Shown: positions 1-8,152 of the stretch, piece after piece | How the letters are laid out: the number at the start of each line of letters is the position of its first letter | Position numbering within the stretch: position 1 is the first letter of the stretch | From: a virus | Taxonomy: Duplodnaviria; Caudoviricetes | Direction: 5' to 3' (one strand) | Length of the DNA: 64,000 nt | Virus record (IMG/VR): IMGVR_UViG_3300032219_001867 | Coordinates: 28,342 to 92,341 of that record | Position numbers and translations under genes: made by a program | Notes under the pieces: generated by a model | The model's database searches: none | Told to the model about the DNA's origin: nothing | The model's input: only the letters and a program-made list of their open reading frames with translations

Positions 1-355
1 AAGCAAGCTTTCCACGGGGCTTGTCACCAACAACGGAACAAAGAGGGCAAGCCTCAGGGGTTCCCTTGTATTCTGCTTCTGTCTCAAGGCAAACAAAAGA
101 CTTCTTTCCTTCGCGCTCAATCCAGTGCTGTTGATAAACCTTAAAAGGTCCATCATCAAGAAAACGAATCAACTGTACTGATTCAGAGAACTTGAGGTCC
201 TGGGGGTAGTCGCTCGTCTTAGGCTTAAGAAGAGCGTCTGCGGCACCCCATCCAGCTTGGACGCTGGTGCCGTGCTTTGGAGTTGCATCGGGTGCATCTT
301 CTACGAGAACCGCTGGTCCGTCGTAGTCTGAGGCATCTACTGATGGTGTTTGCAT
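1..355 (-). CDS. ssDNA-binding protein (gp32-like), 3'-truncated by window edge
   Basis: ORF from ATG at 355 (MQTPSVDASDYDGP...IRFLDDGPFKVYQQHWIE...FVCL...CPLC) has the IRFLD/HW/CPLC pattern of phage gp32-like SSBs; not in the ORF track. Confidence 0.6.
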   Translation of the reverse strand, partial: MQTPSVDASDYDGPAVLVEDAPDATPKHGTSVQAGWGAADALLKPKTSDYPQDLKFSESVQLIRFLDDGPFKVYQQHWIEREGKKSFVCLETEAEYKGTPEACPLCSVVGDKPRGKLA

Positions 356-405
356 ATTGGTTTCTTTCGGTAATGAGGCTTTCGCACTCTGTTGGATGTG
401 AGGTC

Positions 406-915
406 TTACGACTCTCGTTTGATAGCTTCTTGCCATCTACGAACTAGCGTATCAGTCAAGTCACTAAGCTGATTCCACTCGACACGCGCGGAACCAAGCA
501 GTTTACGGCGGTCAAACTCTTCTACTGCAATTTCAATAAGTTCTCGCGTGTAAACACGATTACCGTTTACTTTATTGCCGTTGAGTTGTTTGGACCGTAA
601 CCTGTAAGGAGCCATTGGGATGTACCCCTTTTTCTCCCACAAACGTATAGTAACAACTTTTTTCTCTAGGGCGTGGGCCAACGCACCAACAGTAAAAAGC
701 TCTTGCTCTTCACCTTTAAGGATTTTAATAATGGGAGTAGAATCCCACCCGTTAGTTTCCCCAAAAGCTTTTGCGCGTTTCCGGTCTGCTTCTGGCGTAG
801 TGGACTTTCGTTGGCGTTTAGACCCAGGGGCAGTTGTTAGCCCTTCAAACGCTTTGAGAATTTCTTCATCACTACGTAGACCAGCCATTACTTCTTCCGG
901 GTCATAAGTGCCCAA
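406..915 (-). CDS. MerR-type HTH DNA-binding protein
   Basis: FTVGALAHALEKKVVTIRLWEKKGYIP...RVYT matches the MerR HTH pattern. Confidence 0.65.
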   Translation of the reverse strand: MGTYDPEEVMAGLRSDEEILKAFEGLTTAPGSKRQRKSTTPEADRKRAKAFGETNGWDSTPIIKILKGEEQELFTVGALAHALEKKVVTIRLWEKKGYIPMAPYRLRSKQLNGNKVNGNRVYTRELIEIAVEEFDRRKLLGSARVEWNQLSDLTDTLVRRWQEAIKRES

Positions 916-1331
916 ACGATTTTTGCTGGGAACATCTCATCAAGTTGCTCTTCTGTAATCTTGTCCTGATAAAGGCAAGCCATGAGGGCGTCTTCATCAA
1001 TGACGCGTACCGTTTTGTACACGTCATCTCCAATGCCTGTTTCTTCAATAATTCGTTCTGCGGTAAGTTCGTCAAGTTTGCGCTGAACACGACGGGATTT
1101 CTCTATTCGAGCAACGCCTTCAATTCCAGCGCCTAACTCAAGAGTGAGGTTACCCTTGTCGTCTTCAAAACCGTGCTCTTCAATTTGAGCAAAAAGTTTT
1201 TCTCGAAGCTCACTCTTGCGAGTCTCCATAAACTCAAGACTGGCTTTTAGCTTCATGTACTCACGCAGTTGTGTTTCTAGTGAATCTGGGTCTGCAAAAC
1301 GAACTCCCTCTTCAGGAATAACTTCAGCCAT
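888..1331 (-). CDS. hypothetical phage protein (coiled-coil, Gam/Gp157-like)
   Basis: 147-aa ORF with SD (GGAGG), N-terminal coiled coil, in the replication operon. Confidence 0.5.
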   Translation of the reverse strand: MAEVIPEEGVRFADPDSLETQLREYMKLKASLEFMETRKSELREKLFAQIEEHGFEDDKGNLTLELGAGIEGVARIEKSRRVQRKLDELTAERIIEETGIGDDVYKTVRVIDEDALMACLYQDKITEEQLDEMFPAKIVWALMTRKK

Positions 1332-1333
1332 GA

Positions 1334-1546
1334 TTACCGCCTTCCGTATAAAATTTGGTCAAGTTGTTCGTCAGTGTAACGCTCGGGGTTCTGCATGATG
1401 CCGTACATTTCTTCAGCAGATGTCCCATAAAGACCTTTGAGGTCCTCCAACGTTTCTTTCTCAAAAGAAAGATACCGAGCCCTAATCTCCGCTCCTGATG
1501 GGCGAACATAAGGTTTTTGAACGTCAGTTAACTTTTTCTTACCCAT
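1334..1546 (-). CDS. hypothetical protein
   Basis: 70-aa ORF with AAAGGA SD, tightly packed. Confidence 0.5.
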   Translation of the reverse strand: MGKKKLTDVQKPYVRPSGAEIRARYLSFEKETLEDLKGLYGTSAEEMYGIMQNPERYTDEQLDQILYGRR

Positions 1547-1557
1547 AATAATCCTTT

Positions 1558-3126
1558 CTAACTATTAGTGAGAAATCCTATCAGGCTACCTACTGTGAGG
1601 TCAATACCGCCACGAGAGTTAATGCCCTGACCATCCAGTACGGCATCTGCTATAGCGTTCTTTTGTTTCAGCATGTCGTATTGCCGTTGTTCAATTGAGT
1701 CTTTAACCAAAATGTCTTGGATAGTTATTGTGGGCCAAGTCGAGGAGGTTCGGTTGATTCTTCCGTTTCTTTGTACGGAAAGACCTGCCGACCAAGGCTG
1801 GTCGTAATTGACAAGAAGATTGGCTTGCGGTAAATCGACTCCATAACCCCCTGCGTCCGAAGATACAAGAACGCGTACTTCTGGCTCAGTCTGAAACTTG
1901 ACTTTTGCTTTTTCTTTTTCTTTGGCATTCATTTCTCCGGTATAAGGAACTGCGTTTATTTTCTTTTCAGCAAGTTTCTTCACCAGTGAGTCAACGGAAC
2001 CCAGGTAGGAAGCAAAAACAACGGCTTTGTAAGAAGAGTCAATGCTCAAGTGTTCGGACAGGTAAGCCATTGTGGCATCTTGTTTGGGTGACTTATACAG
2101 GTCATCCAAGAGTCCTGCGTCTCCTAAGGAGTGAATATAAGCACTTCCTTTTCCTGTGTGGTTCTCAAAGTTACGGTAACTGTCCCACAAAAGGTTGGGG
2201 TGAGAGCACAGCATCCTTAGCGCTGTAATCCTGGACATAATTTGACCGCGCAGCTCATTTGCCGGGTCGTTAGGTGCTTGAGTCTGACCGTAATGTGCCG
2301 CAAGGCTAAACCCTGCTCCAAACATCTGGCTGGCTTCGGTCAACAAGTTGACTAAGTCTTGCGCAATAAACTCATAAACAGCTTTGTTTTTGCTGTCTAA
2401 AGAAACCAACAAAGGCTCTCGATAAACCGCGTCTGGTAGGAAAGGTTTTACGTCTTCATCGGTTTGCGATTTACGAACGGTGTGTTCTATGAGGGAGGTA
2501 TTTAGAACAGGAAGATTTCGGTAACGTTGAACACCGCCGAAATGATTGCGAACAATAAATGTTTTATCAAAAAGGTCAAACCTTCCCAAAACGTCTTTAT
2601 TGACAAATTGCATAATAGAGAAGATTTCTTCTGGGCGTCCATTCTCAATGGGAGTCCCTGTCAAAGCAAACCTGATGGAAACATTCTTTGCTAGGTCTTT
2701 TACTTTACGAGACCGTTTTGACCGGAACCCTTTGATGGCAGTTGCTTCGTCACAAATGATGGCGTCAAAATCCATTTTGCTAATGGTTTCCCAATCATTG
2801 ACCACTTGTTCGTAGTTCATGATGATGTAGTCATACTTTTGGTATACCTCGTACAAAGCAAGTCGCTGTTTAGGTGTGCCGTCAATAACTACAGCCGTTG
2901 AATCGCTGAACTTAGTAATCTCTTTTTGCCATTGATATTTAAGGCTTGCAAGACAGAGGACAAGGACGGTTTTGGTTACCGTTCCCTTATCTCTCAAGTT
3001 CTCAATTGCGGAGATTGTCATGGGAGTTTTACCCAGACCCATTTCATACGCAACAAGTACCGCTTGCAGGTCCACCATTTTATCAACGGCTTCTACCTGG
3101 TAAGGCTTGAGGGTACCTTTAAACAT
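1558..3126 (-). CDS. SNF2-family DNA helicase
   Basis: LKPYQ, EMGLGKT, DEAT, ALTGTPIEN, GYGVDL and QRNGRINR motifs; likely start MFKGT at 3126. Confidence 0.9.
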   Translation of the reverse strand: MFKGTLKPYQVEAVDKMVDLQAVLVAYEMGLGKTPMTISAIENLRDKGTVTKTVLVLCLASLKYQWQKEITKFSDSTAVVIDGTPKQRLALYEVYQKYDYIIMNYEQVVNDWETISKMDFDAIICDEATAIKGFRSKRSRKVKDLAKNVSIRFALTGTPIENGRPEEIFSIMQFVNKDVLGRFDLFDKTFIVRNHFGGVQRYRNLPVLNTSLIEHTVRKSQTDEDVKPFLPDAVYREPLLVSLDSKNKAVYEFIAQDLVNLLTEASQMFGAGFSLAAHYGQTQAPNDPANELRGQIMSRITALRMLCSHPNLLWDSYRNFENHTGKGSAYIHSLGDAGLLDDLYKSPKQDATMAYLSEHLSIDSSYKAVVFASYLGSVDSLVKKLAEKKINAVPYTGEMNAKEKEKAKVKFQTEPEVRVLVSSDAGGYGVDLPQANLLVNYDQPWSAGLSVQRNGRINRTSSTWPTITIQDILVKDSIEQRQYDMLKQKNAIADAVLDGQGINSRGGIDLTVGSLIGFLTNS

Positions 3127-4096
3127 ATGCGCTTTCTCCGTACAACGATGATACCGCATGTTCTAATCCCCAAGCGATTTCGTCGTCCGTCATGTCTCCT
3201 GGGTCTTTTTTACCTGAGTCTCCGTAATTGAAGAAAGAAAGATTTAACCCGTAACGACTGCTAAGGGAAATCAAGTCTGCCGAACCTTTACGCCCCGCAT
3301 CGTCTACCTTCGGATTATCTAAAGCAGAAATTACGCGGTCTGAATTACGTATCAGTTTTACCTGGGCGTCGCTGATGATAGAGCCACACACTGCAACGGC
3401 TCCATGAAATCCGGCAGAGTAAATTCGTGCGCAGTCCAAAGGAGATTCCACAAGTATGGTCAGTTCATCCGGCATAATATCCACGCCAAATAGTGTTTTA
3501 GACTTGGCTAGGCCTGGGGGACGGTTCATGAAACGCCTGTTCAGAGTACCTTTTTCTTGCCAACCGAGAAGCTTACCCGTGTGTGGGTCACGAAGCGGAA
3601 GAACCCAAGAGTCGGTCTTGGTGTCCCAAAGGATTCCGTAAACCTGAGCAGATTCAAGAGTAATGTTTTTAGCAAGCAACTGTTCTAGTGGAGGGTCGGA
3701 GTAAACCGCAAGACGGGCGTCAGACATCTCGATTGGCTTATCGTATGACTGAGCAAAGCGAGGCATGTCGGTCAGTGCTTGGGCCAGACGCTCAGGGGAA
3801 ATCTGGGCAACATTAGCCAACCACACCTTTGCGGAAGTGTAATCTGGGTCGTGTAAATCTCCCCAAGATTCTATGAAAAAACCCTTGACATCGCAGACTA
3901 AATGTAGTAAGCCTCCGCTGTAGTGACAAGAGAAACAAATGTGTTGACCGGTCTCAAGGTTTATCCACCATGATGGCGAGTTGTCTTTCCTACCAACACG
4001 CTCGTAGTGCATAGGGCATAGCCCGTTGGCTTCATTGCCACGAACATCAAAGTCAATGCCCAGCTCAATAAGGACGCTCTCAATATCTACGTTCAT
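3119..4096 (-). CDS. DNA primase (CHC2 Zn finger + TOPRIM)
   Basis: CPMH...CFSC zinc-binding domain, LVESPLDC, LDN..DDAG and KDPGD TOPRIM motifs. Confidence 0.9.
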   Translation of the reverse strand: MNVDIESVLIELGIDFDVRGNEANGLCPMHYERVGRKDNSPSWWINLETGQHICFSCHYSGGLLHLVCDVKGFFIESWGDLHDPDYTSAKVWLANVAQISPERLAQALTDMPRFAQSYDKPIEMSDARLAVYSDPPLEQLLAKNITLESAQVYGILWDTKTDSWVLPLRDPHTGKLLGWQEKGTLNRRFMNRPPGLAKSKTLFGVDIMPDELTILVESPLDCARIYSAGFHGAVAVCGSIISDAQVKLIRNSDRVISALDNPKVDDAGRKGSADLISLSSRYGLNLSFFNYGDSGKKDPGDMTDDEIAWGLEHAVSSLYGESAYV

Positions 4097-5343
4097 TAGA
4101 TTGTCCAGGGAACGCAGAACTTACAAGAGCCCCTTGACTCCTCATCGTGGAAACAGCCCGTCTCCCATCCCCACATAATAGAAGTTTCTTCTTGTGGGCA
4201 GTTACGAGACTGGACAATCTTTAAAAGACGAGTTGACTCATCATTCTCTATAGGCTCCAAACCAAGAATTACGTCGGAGTCTTGAAAGAACGAAGATGAA
4301 TAACCAATAGAGTCTGCGGTAACTTTGTTGCCCCGCATCTTCCACAGGAGTGTTTGAGTGGTTATTACAACGGGAATGTCTAGGCGCTGAGCAACCCGCT
4401 TAAGCCCTCGGGTGATATTGGTGAGTGCTTGTGGCGTATTAGAGTCACCGGTAACCTGGTCCAGCATCAGGTAAACACCGTCAATAAAAAGAATGTCTGG
4501 CTGTAGTTGGTCAGCCTTAGCCATCAAAGAATCTATGGTAAGTCCGTTAACGGCATCCACTAAATGGAACGGGTGCATATCGTTCATAGAACCCAAAGTA
4601 GCTGTATAACGAGAAAACTCTTCCTCATTCAGAATTCCTCGGCGCAATCGGGAATGCGAGATGTGAGAACGCATGGCATCGTGACGTTGAACTTGTTCCA
4701 TGTTGTTCATCTCAAAACTTTGGAACATAGGTGTCTTGCCATCTAAATGGGTGTTGATTGCGATTTGCAAAGCAATCTGTGACTTACCAGTCTTAGGTGG
4801 AGCGATAACGGTAATGAGTTGTCCGCCCTGAAGACCAGCGGTTGCCTCGTCAATGAGACGGTACCCAGTTGGGATGCCTAGAAGTTTAGAGTCTTTAATT
4901 TTTTCGTAGTCCAGCAAACGGGAGCTGGGGTCTTGAGTAACGTCAATGTGGTGAGTACCTACTTGGCCTTGCTCATTAACGATAGTTACCGTGCGGGACA
5001 TCTCTTCGATAGCCGCGTCATTTTCGTTACGCTGGAGTTTTGCTACAACGCTGGCTGTTCCTTCAAGAGCCAAAGAACGGCGACGGAAAGCCACCATCTG
5101 GTCAATAAGGTAATCAATCGTGTCTTCAACATTTAGGATGTCGAAGTTAGGAAAGTTATCTTTAACCGTGGTGTAAGTAGGAACTTCACGGTACTTGACG
5201 TAGTGCTCACGAGTGAACTTCCAGACGCGACGAAGGTCGTCATCAATAACCCAATCATCCTGGATTCCTTGTTCAAGAACCGGGATGATGTTTCGGTCAG
5301 TGATGACTTTGCTTAGAAGTCGGTATTCGTTATCGTTCGCCAT
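4096..5343 (-). CDS. dnaB: DnaB-like replicative helicase
   Basis: GIPTGY, Walker A APPKTGKS, SFEM, FIDGVYLM and QDSDVIL motifs. Confidence 0.9.
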   Translation of the reverse strand: MANDNEYRLLSKVITDRNIIPVLEQGIQDDWVIDDDLRRVWKFTREHYVKYREVPTYTTVKDNFPNFDILNVEDTIDYLIDQMVAFRRRSLALEGTASVVAKLQRNENDAAIEEMSRTVTIVNEQGQVGTHHIDVTQDPSSRLLDYEKIKDSKLLGIPTGYRLIDEATAGLQGGQLITVIAPPKTGKSQIALQIAINTHLDGKTPMFQSFEMNNMEQVQRHDAMRSHISHSRLRRGILNEEEFSRYTATLGSMNDMHPFHLVDAVNGLTIDSLMAKADQLQPDILFIDGVYLMLDQVTGDSNTPQALTNITRGLKRVAQRLDIPVVITTQTLLWKMRGNKVTADSIGYSSSFFQDSDVILGLEPIENDESTRLLKIVQSRNCPQEETSIMWGWETGCFHDEESRGSCKFCVPWTI

Positions 5344-5359
5344 TTTCCCTCGTTATTAG

Positions 5360-5779
5360 TTACAAGCTGTTAAGTTCTATACCCCACGAACCATACCGCG
5401 CAACTCGCTCATCAATATCTACCACACCTTTGAGGTTTGCACGGTAAGGCAACTCGCTAATGAAGTCAGAAATGTTTGCATAAAGTTCTGCGTAATTAAA
5501 TGGATTACCGCCTCGGTTATCAAGTCGAGACATAAGTTTATCTAAATGTTCTTGCGTCCAGAGCTCGTCTGAAAACGCAGCTAGTTCTATGGCTAAGCCA
5601 TACTGGTAAGACTTGTTCCACAAAAGTGAAAGCTCAGCGTTATTCAACCCTAAGACACGTCGGTCTAGCTTATTACCCAAAAGCAGTCGGCGTTGCTCGT
5701 CTATGTCCGAACGAACAACCACATCAATGTTTACGATTATTCGGGGCGGGGTCTCGTTTGAGATGTCCCCACCAATCAC
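5360..5779 (-). CDS. hypothetical protein
   Basis: 139-aa ORF coupled to its neighbours. Confidence 0.55.
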   Translation of the reverse strand: MIGGDISNETPPRIIVNIDVVVRSDIDEQRRLLLGNKLDRRVLGLNNAELSLLWNKSYQYGLAIELAAFSDELWTQEHLDKLMSRLDNRGGNPFNYAELYANISDFISELPYRANLKGVVDIDERVARYGSWGIELNSL

Positions 5780-6084
5780 GGGAGGACTTCGATGTGTGAG
5801 TGGTGAATAAGCAACTCGCGAAAACTCTCTGGACTCAGTAGAGCTTCGTGAAGGTCTTCGTCAGACAAGTACTCAGGAATTTTTATGGAGTAATCTCCAC
5901 CGTTCCTGTCAATCTGTGCGCGGATGTGTCGGATGTGCTTGCAACGTTTTCCTGTTTTGTAATACGAACAGGTGCAACGCATCTTGCGGTAATCGTCTAC
6001 CACAATCTCAACTTCATGAACGCCGTCGTCAGAAAGAAACAGCTGAATAGTTCGCCAGTCCATGTTTACACTTGCGCCTTTCAC
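5776..6084 (-). CDS. SWIM zinc-finger protein
   Basis: CTC-x8-CKH SWIM motif. Confidence 0.7.
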   Translation of the reverse strand: MKGASVNMDWRTIQLFLSDDGVHEVEIVVDDYRKMRCTCSYYKTGKRCKHIRHIRAQIDRNGGDYSIKIPEYLSDEDLHEALLSPESFRELLIHHSHIEVLP

Positions 6085-6800
6085 TGTCCCCTCCTGAGGT
6101 CTTCTCCTTCTAGTTTAACCCTTAAAAAAGCTTCATGGGCGAAACTACCCATTGCTTCAGAGTACATTTTGTCCCACTTCTCCATCTCTACGTTAGTAGT
6201 GATAATCGTGGGAAGACCCTTGTCGTATCGAGTGCGCAAAATATCGTCAAAAGAATAGTCGTCGTATTTAGAGCCGTACTCTTTACCCAAATCATCAAGG
6301 ACAAGCAAGCGAACGTTGTAAGCGTCATCACGGCAACGACCGTGGAACCCATCCATTTCATCCTGAAGGCTTGCACGAACGTCTGAGTCGGCATCAAAGA
6401 TAGCCTTCTTGCGGTACAGGAAATCCGTGTAGGTCATGTAATAGATGGGGCGAAACTTGTGCCCGTAGGAAGACGGGTGTACGTGCATTAGGGCAGAAGC
6501 GCGGTCGTCTTCGGGAAGCGCCCGGATAAACTCGTTGAGAATGGCTACAGCGTGCGTAGTCTTTCCTCGTCCCGGAGAACCGTCAAACAAAATTCCCAAA
6601 CCGGTCTTCCCTAAGTTGCCAGCCTTCATGATGATTTCCCCAGAAAGAAGGTCGTTCATCCAGTCGGTCAAATCGGTAGGGATTGTCCCCATGTCTTTTT
6701 CGATGTCCTCAAAATCCCATTGAAGGTAGCGCACTGGAATGTTTGAGTTCTTCGCCAACCAGTAACGCTTTACTGGGGGAAGAGATTCAATCTTGAACAC
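6081..6800 (-). CDS. DnaC/IstB-like helicase-loader ATPase
   Basis: Walker A GSPGRGKT, Walker B LLVLDDLGKE, PTIITTN; lies directly after the initiator. Confidence 0.85.
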   Translation of the reverse strand: MFKIESLPPVKRYWLAKNSNIPVRYLQWDFEDIEKDMGTIPTDLTDWMNDLLSGEIIMKAGNLGKTGLGILFDGSPGRGKTTHAVAILNEFIRALPEDDRASALMHVHPSSYGHKFRPIYYMTYTDFLYRKKAIFDADSDVRASLQDEMDGFHGRCRDDAYNVRLLVLDDLGKEYGSKYDDYSFDDILRTRYDKGLPTIITTNVEMEKWDKMYSEAMGSFAHEAFLRVKLEGEDLRRGQ

Positions 6801-7847
6801 CTAGTGTCCCTTCTGGGTCAACTTTGATTCGTACTCAGCCATCCTCTTTCGGCCCAAGAGAGAATTTACAAACTGCTTACCGTCAGAAGCATACACATGC
6901 TGAACTGGTTCTGCTTGGTCTTGTTTAAAAACCGGCGAGTCTAGGCCCAGTCGTTCATACGCCCGCGTCATGTGAGTCTTGAACATGCTGAGGTAACGAG
7001 TGTGGATTGTGCTTGCTTGCTCATCAGCGTTGCGCAGATTACGCTCGTCCTCAAAAAACATCCGCATAATTTCCATCTCGATATCCCCAGTGGTTTTAAC
7101 CTTGAATCGATAACCGCGCAACGCACCGGCAACGGCACGGGTGTTTACCAAACCTGGAATGTACGGAAAACGGCGACCAAGTTGAAACTGAAACTCGACG
7201 GCAACGTCAAACGGGGTCCACTCAGATTCTGGGCGGCGACCCCGAGTCTTGGGGTCTTTCTTGTTCATGCTGAGCTTGGGCTTCTGCATAGCCGGGACCT
7301 CATCATCGAAAAGACCAAAGCCTCCAATGTCATCATCGCCGGTCGTATCTTCACCGAGAGGTTTCCATTTTTCCACATTCACACCCTTCATTAGCGGAAC
7401 ACTTTCGGTGTTCCGTAAAGAATACGAAGTATTCTTTATCACACTAGTTTTGTAGTTATTATAGTTAATAGCTGGGGCAGGTAGCCATGTAGTACCACGT
7501 GTTGACCCCACAGATTTGTGGGATGGTGGCTCTGACCACCCCACAGATACGAGGGATGGTTCCGGCTTCAAATCCACAGTATTGTGGGATGGTAAAACCA
7601 ACTGGTAACGGTTCTTAGACCACTTGCCAAAGTTGCGCTTGGTACGGACCGTGTCCAACAGACCTGCCTTCTCCAGCCCCCTGAAGGCGCGTCGCAGACT
7701 TTCAGCGCTATAACCAGTCAGCACCCCAAGTTCATCTGTTGTCGCTTCTACGAGCCACTCAGGGCCGGATAGATGGTACAGCGAAACAACGACTTTAAAT
7801 TCCGTTGCCGTAAGTTCCGTCGCAAAAAATTCAGGAGGTAGATTCAT
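6801..7847 (-). CDS. phage replication initiator (N-terminal winged HTH)
   Basis: N-terminal wHTH (ELGVLTGYSAESLRRAFRGLEKAGLL...NRYQL), internal iterons, upstream of the DnaC-like gene. Confidence 0.7.
   Translation of the reverse strand: MNLPPEFFATELTATEFKVVVSLYHLSGPEWLVEATTDELGVLTGYSAESLRRAFRGLEKAGLLDTVRTKRNFGKWSKNRYQLVLPSHNTVDLKPEPSLVSVGWSEPPSHKSVGSTRGTTWLPAPAINYNNYKTSVIKNTSYSLRNTESVPLMKGVNVEKWKPLGEDTTGDDDIGGFGLFDDEVPAMQKPKLSMNKKDPKTRGRRPESEWTPFDVAVEFQFQLGRRFPYIPGLVNTRAVAGALRGYRFKVKTTGDIEMEIMRMFFEDERNLRNADEQASTIHTRYLSMFKTHMTRAYERLGLDSPVFKQDQAEPVQHVYASDGKQFVNSLLGRKRMAEYESKLTQKGH
7506..7593. repeat. three 22-bp iterons at 33-bp period (putative origin inside initiator gene)
   Basis: ccccacagatttgtgggatggt (7506), ccccacagatacgagggatggt (7539), atccacagtattgtgggatggt (7572); AT-rich tract at ~7425-7470. 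Confidence 0.65.
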
Positions 7848-7864
7848 GCCCTCGACTATACACC

Positions 7865-8143
7865 TTATGGAAGGCGACGTGACATGACTTGCTGAATCTG
7901 CACAGGACGATTAATCCAATACATAATAATCAAAGCAAAAAATCCTGAAGCAAGGGAGAACACCAGAAGCTCCCACCCAGACACCCCGAGCAGCCAACAG
8001 TACAAAGCGCCGAAAGGGGCCGATAATACTTGCTTGATAACTGGTGAAGAGAACGCGGTAAAACGCTCCACAAGAGTGCCTATAAGTTCCGTGGAAAAAC
8101 CTACAGCCATACCCGCAATAACTACTACAAAAAAATTATCCAT
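7865..8143 (-). CDS. small multi-pass membrane protein (holin-like)
   Basis: 92 aa, about 3 hydrophobic segments, basic C-terminus. Confidence 0.5.
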   Translation of the reverse strand: MDNFFVVVIAGMAVGFSTELIGTLVERFTAFSSPVIKQVLSAPFGALYCWLLGVSGWELLVFSLASGFFALIIMYWINRPVQIQQVMSRRLP

Positions 8144-8152
8144 AAGGGTATT

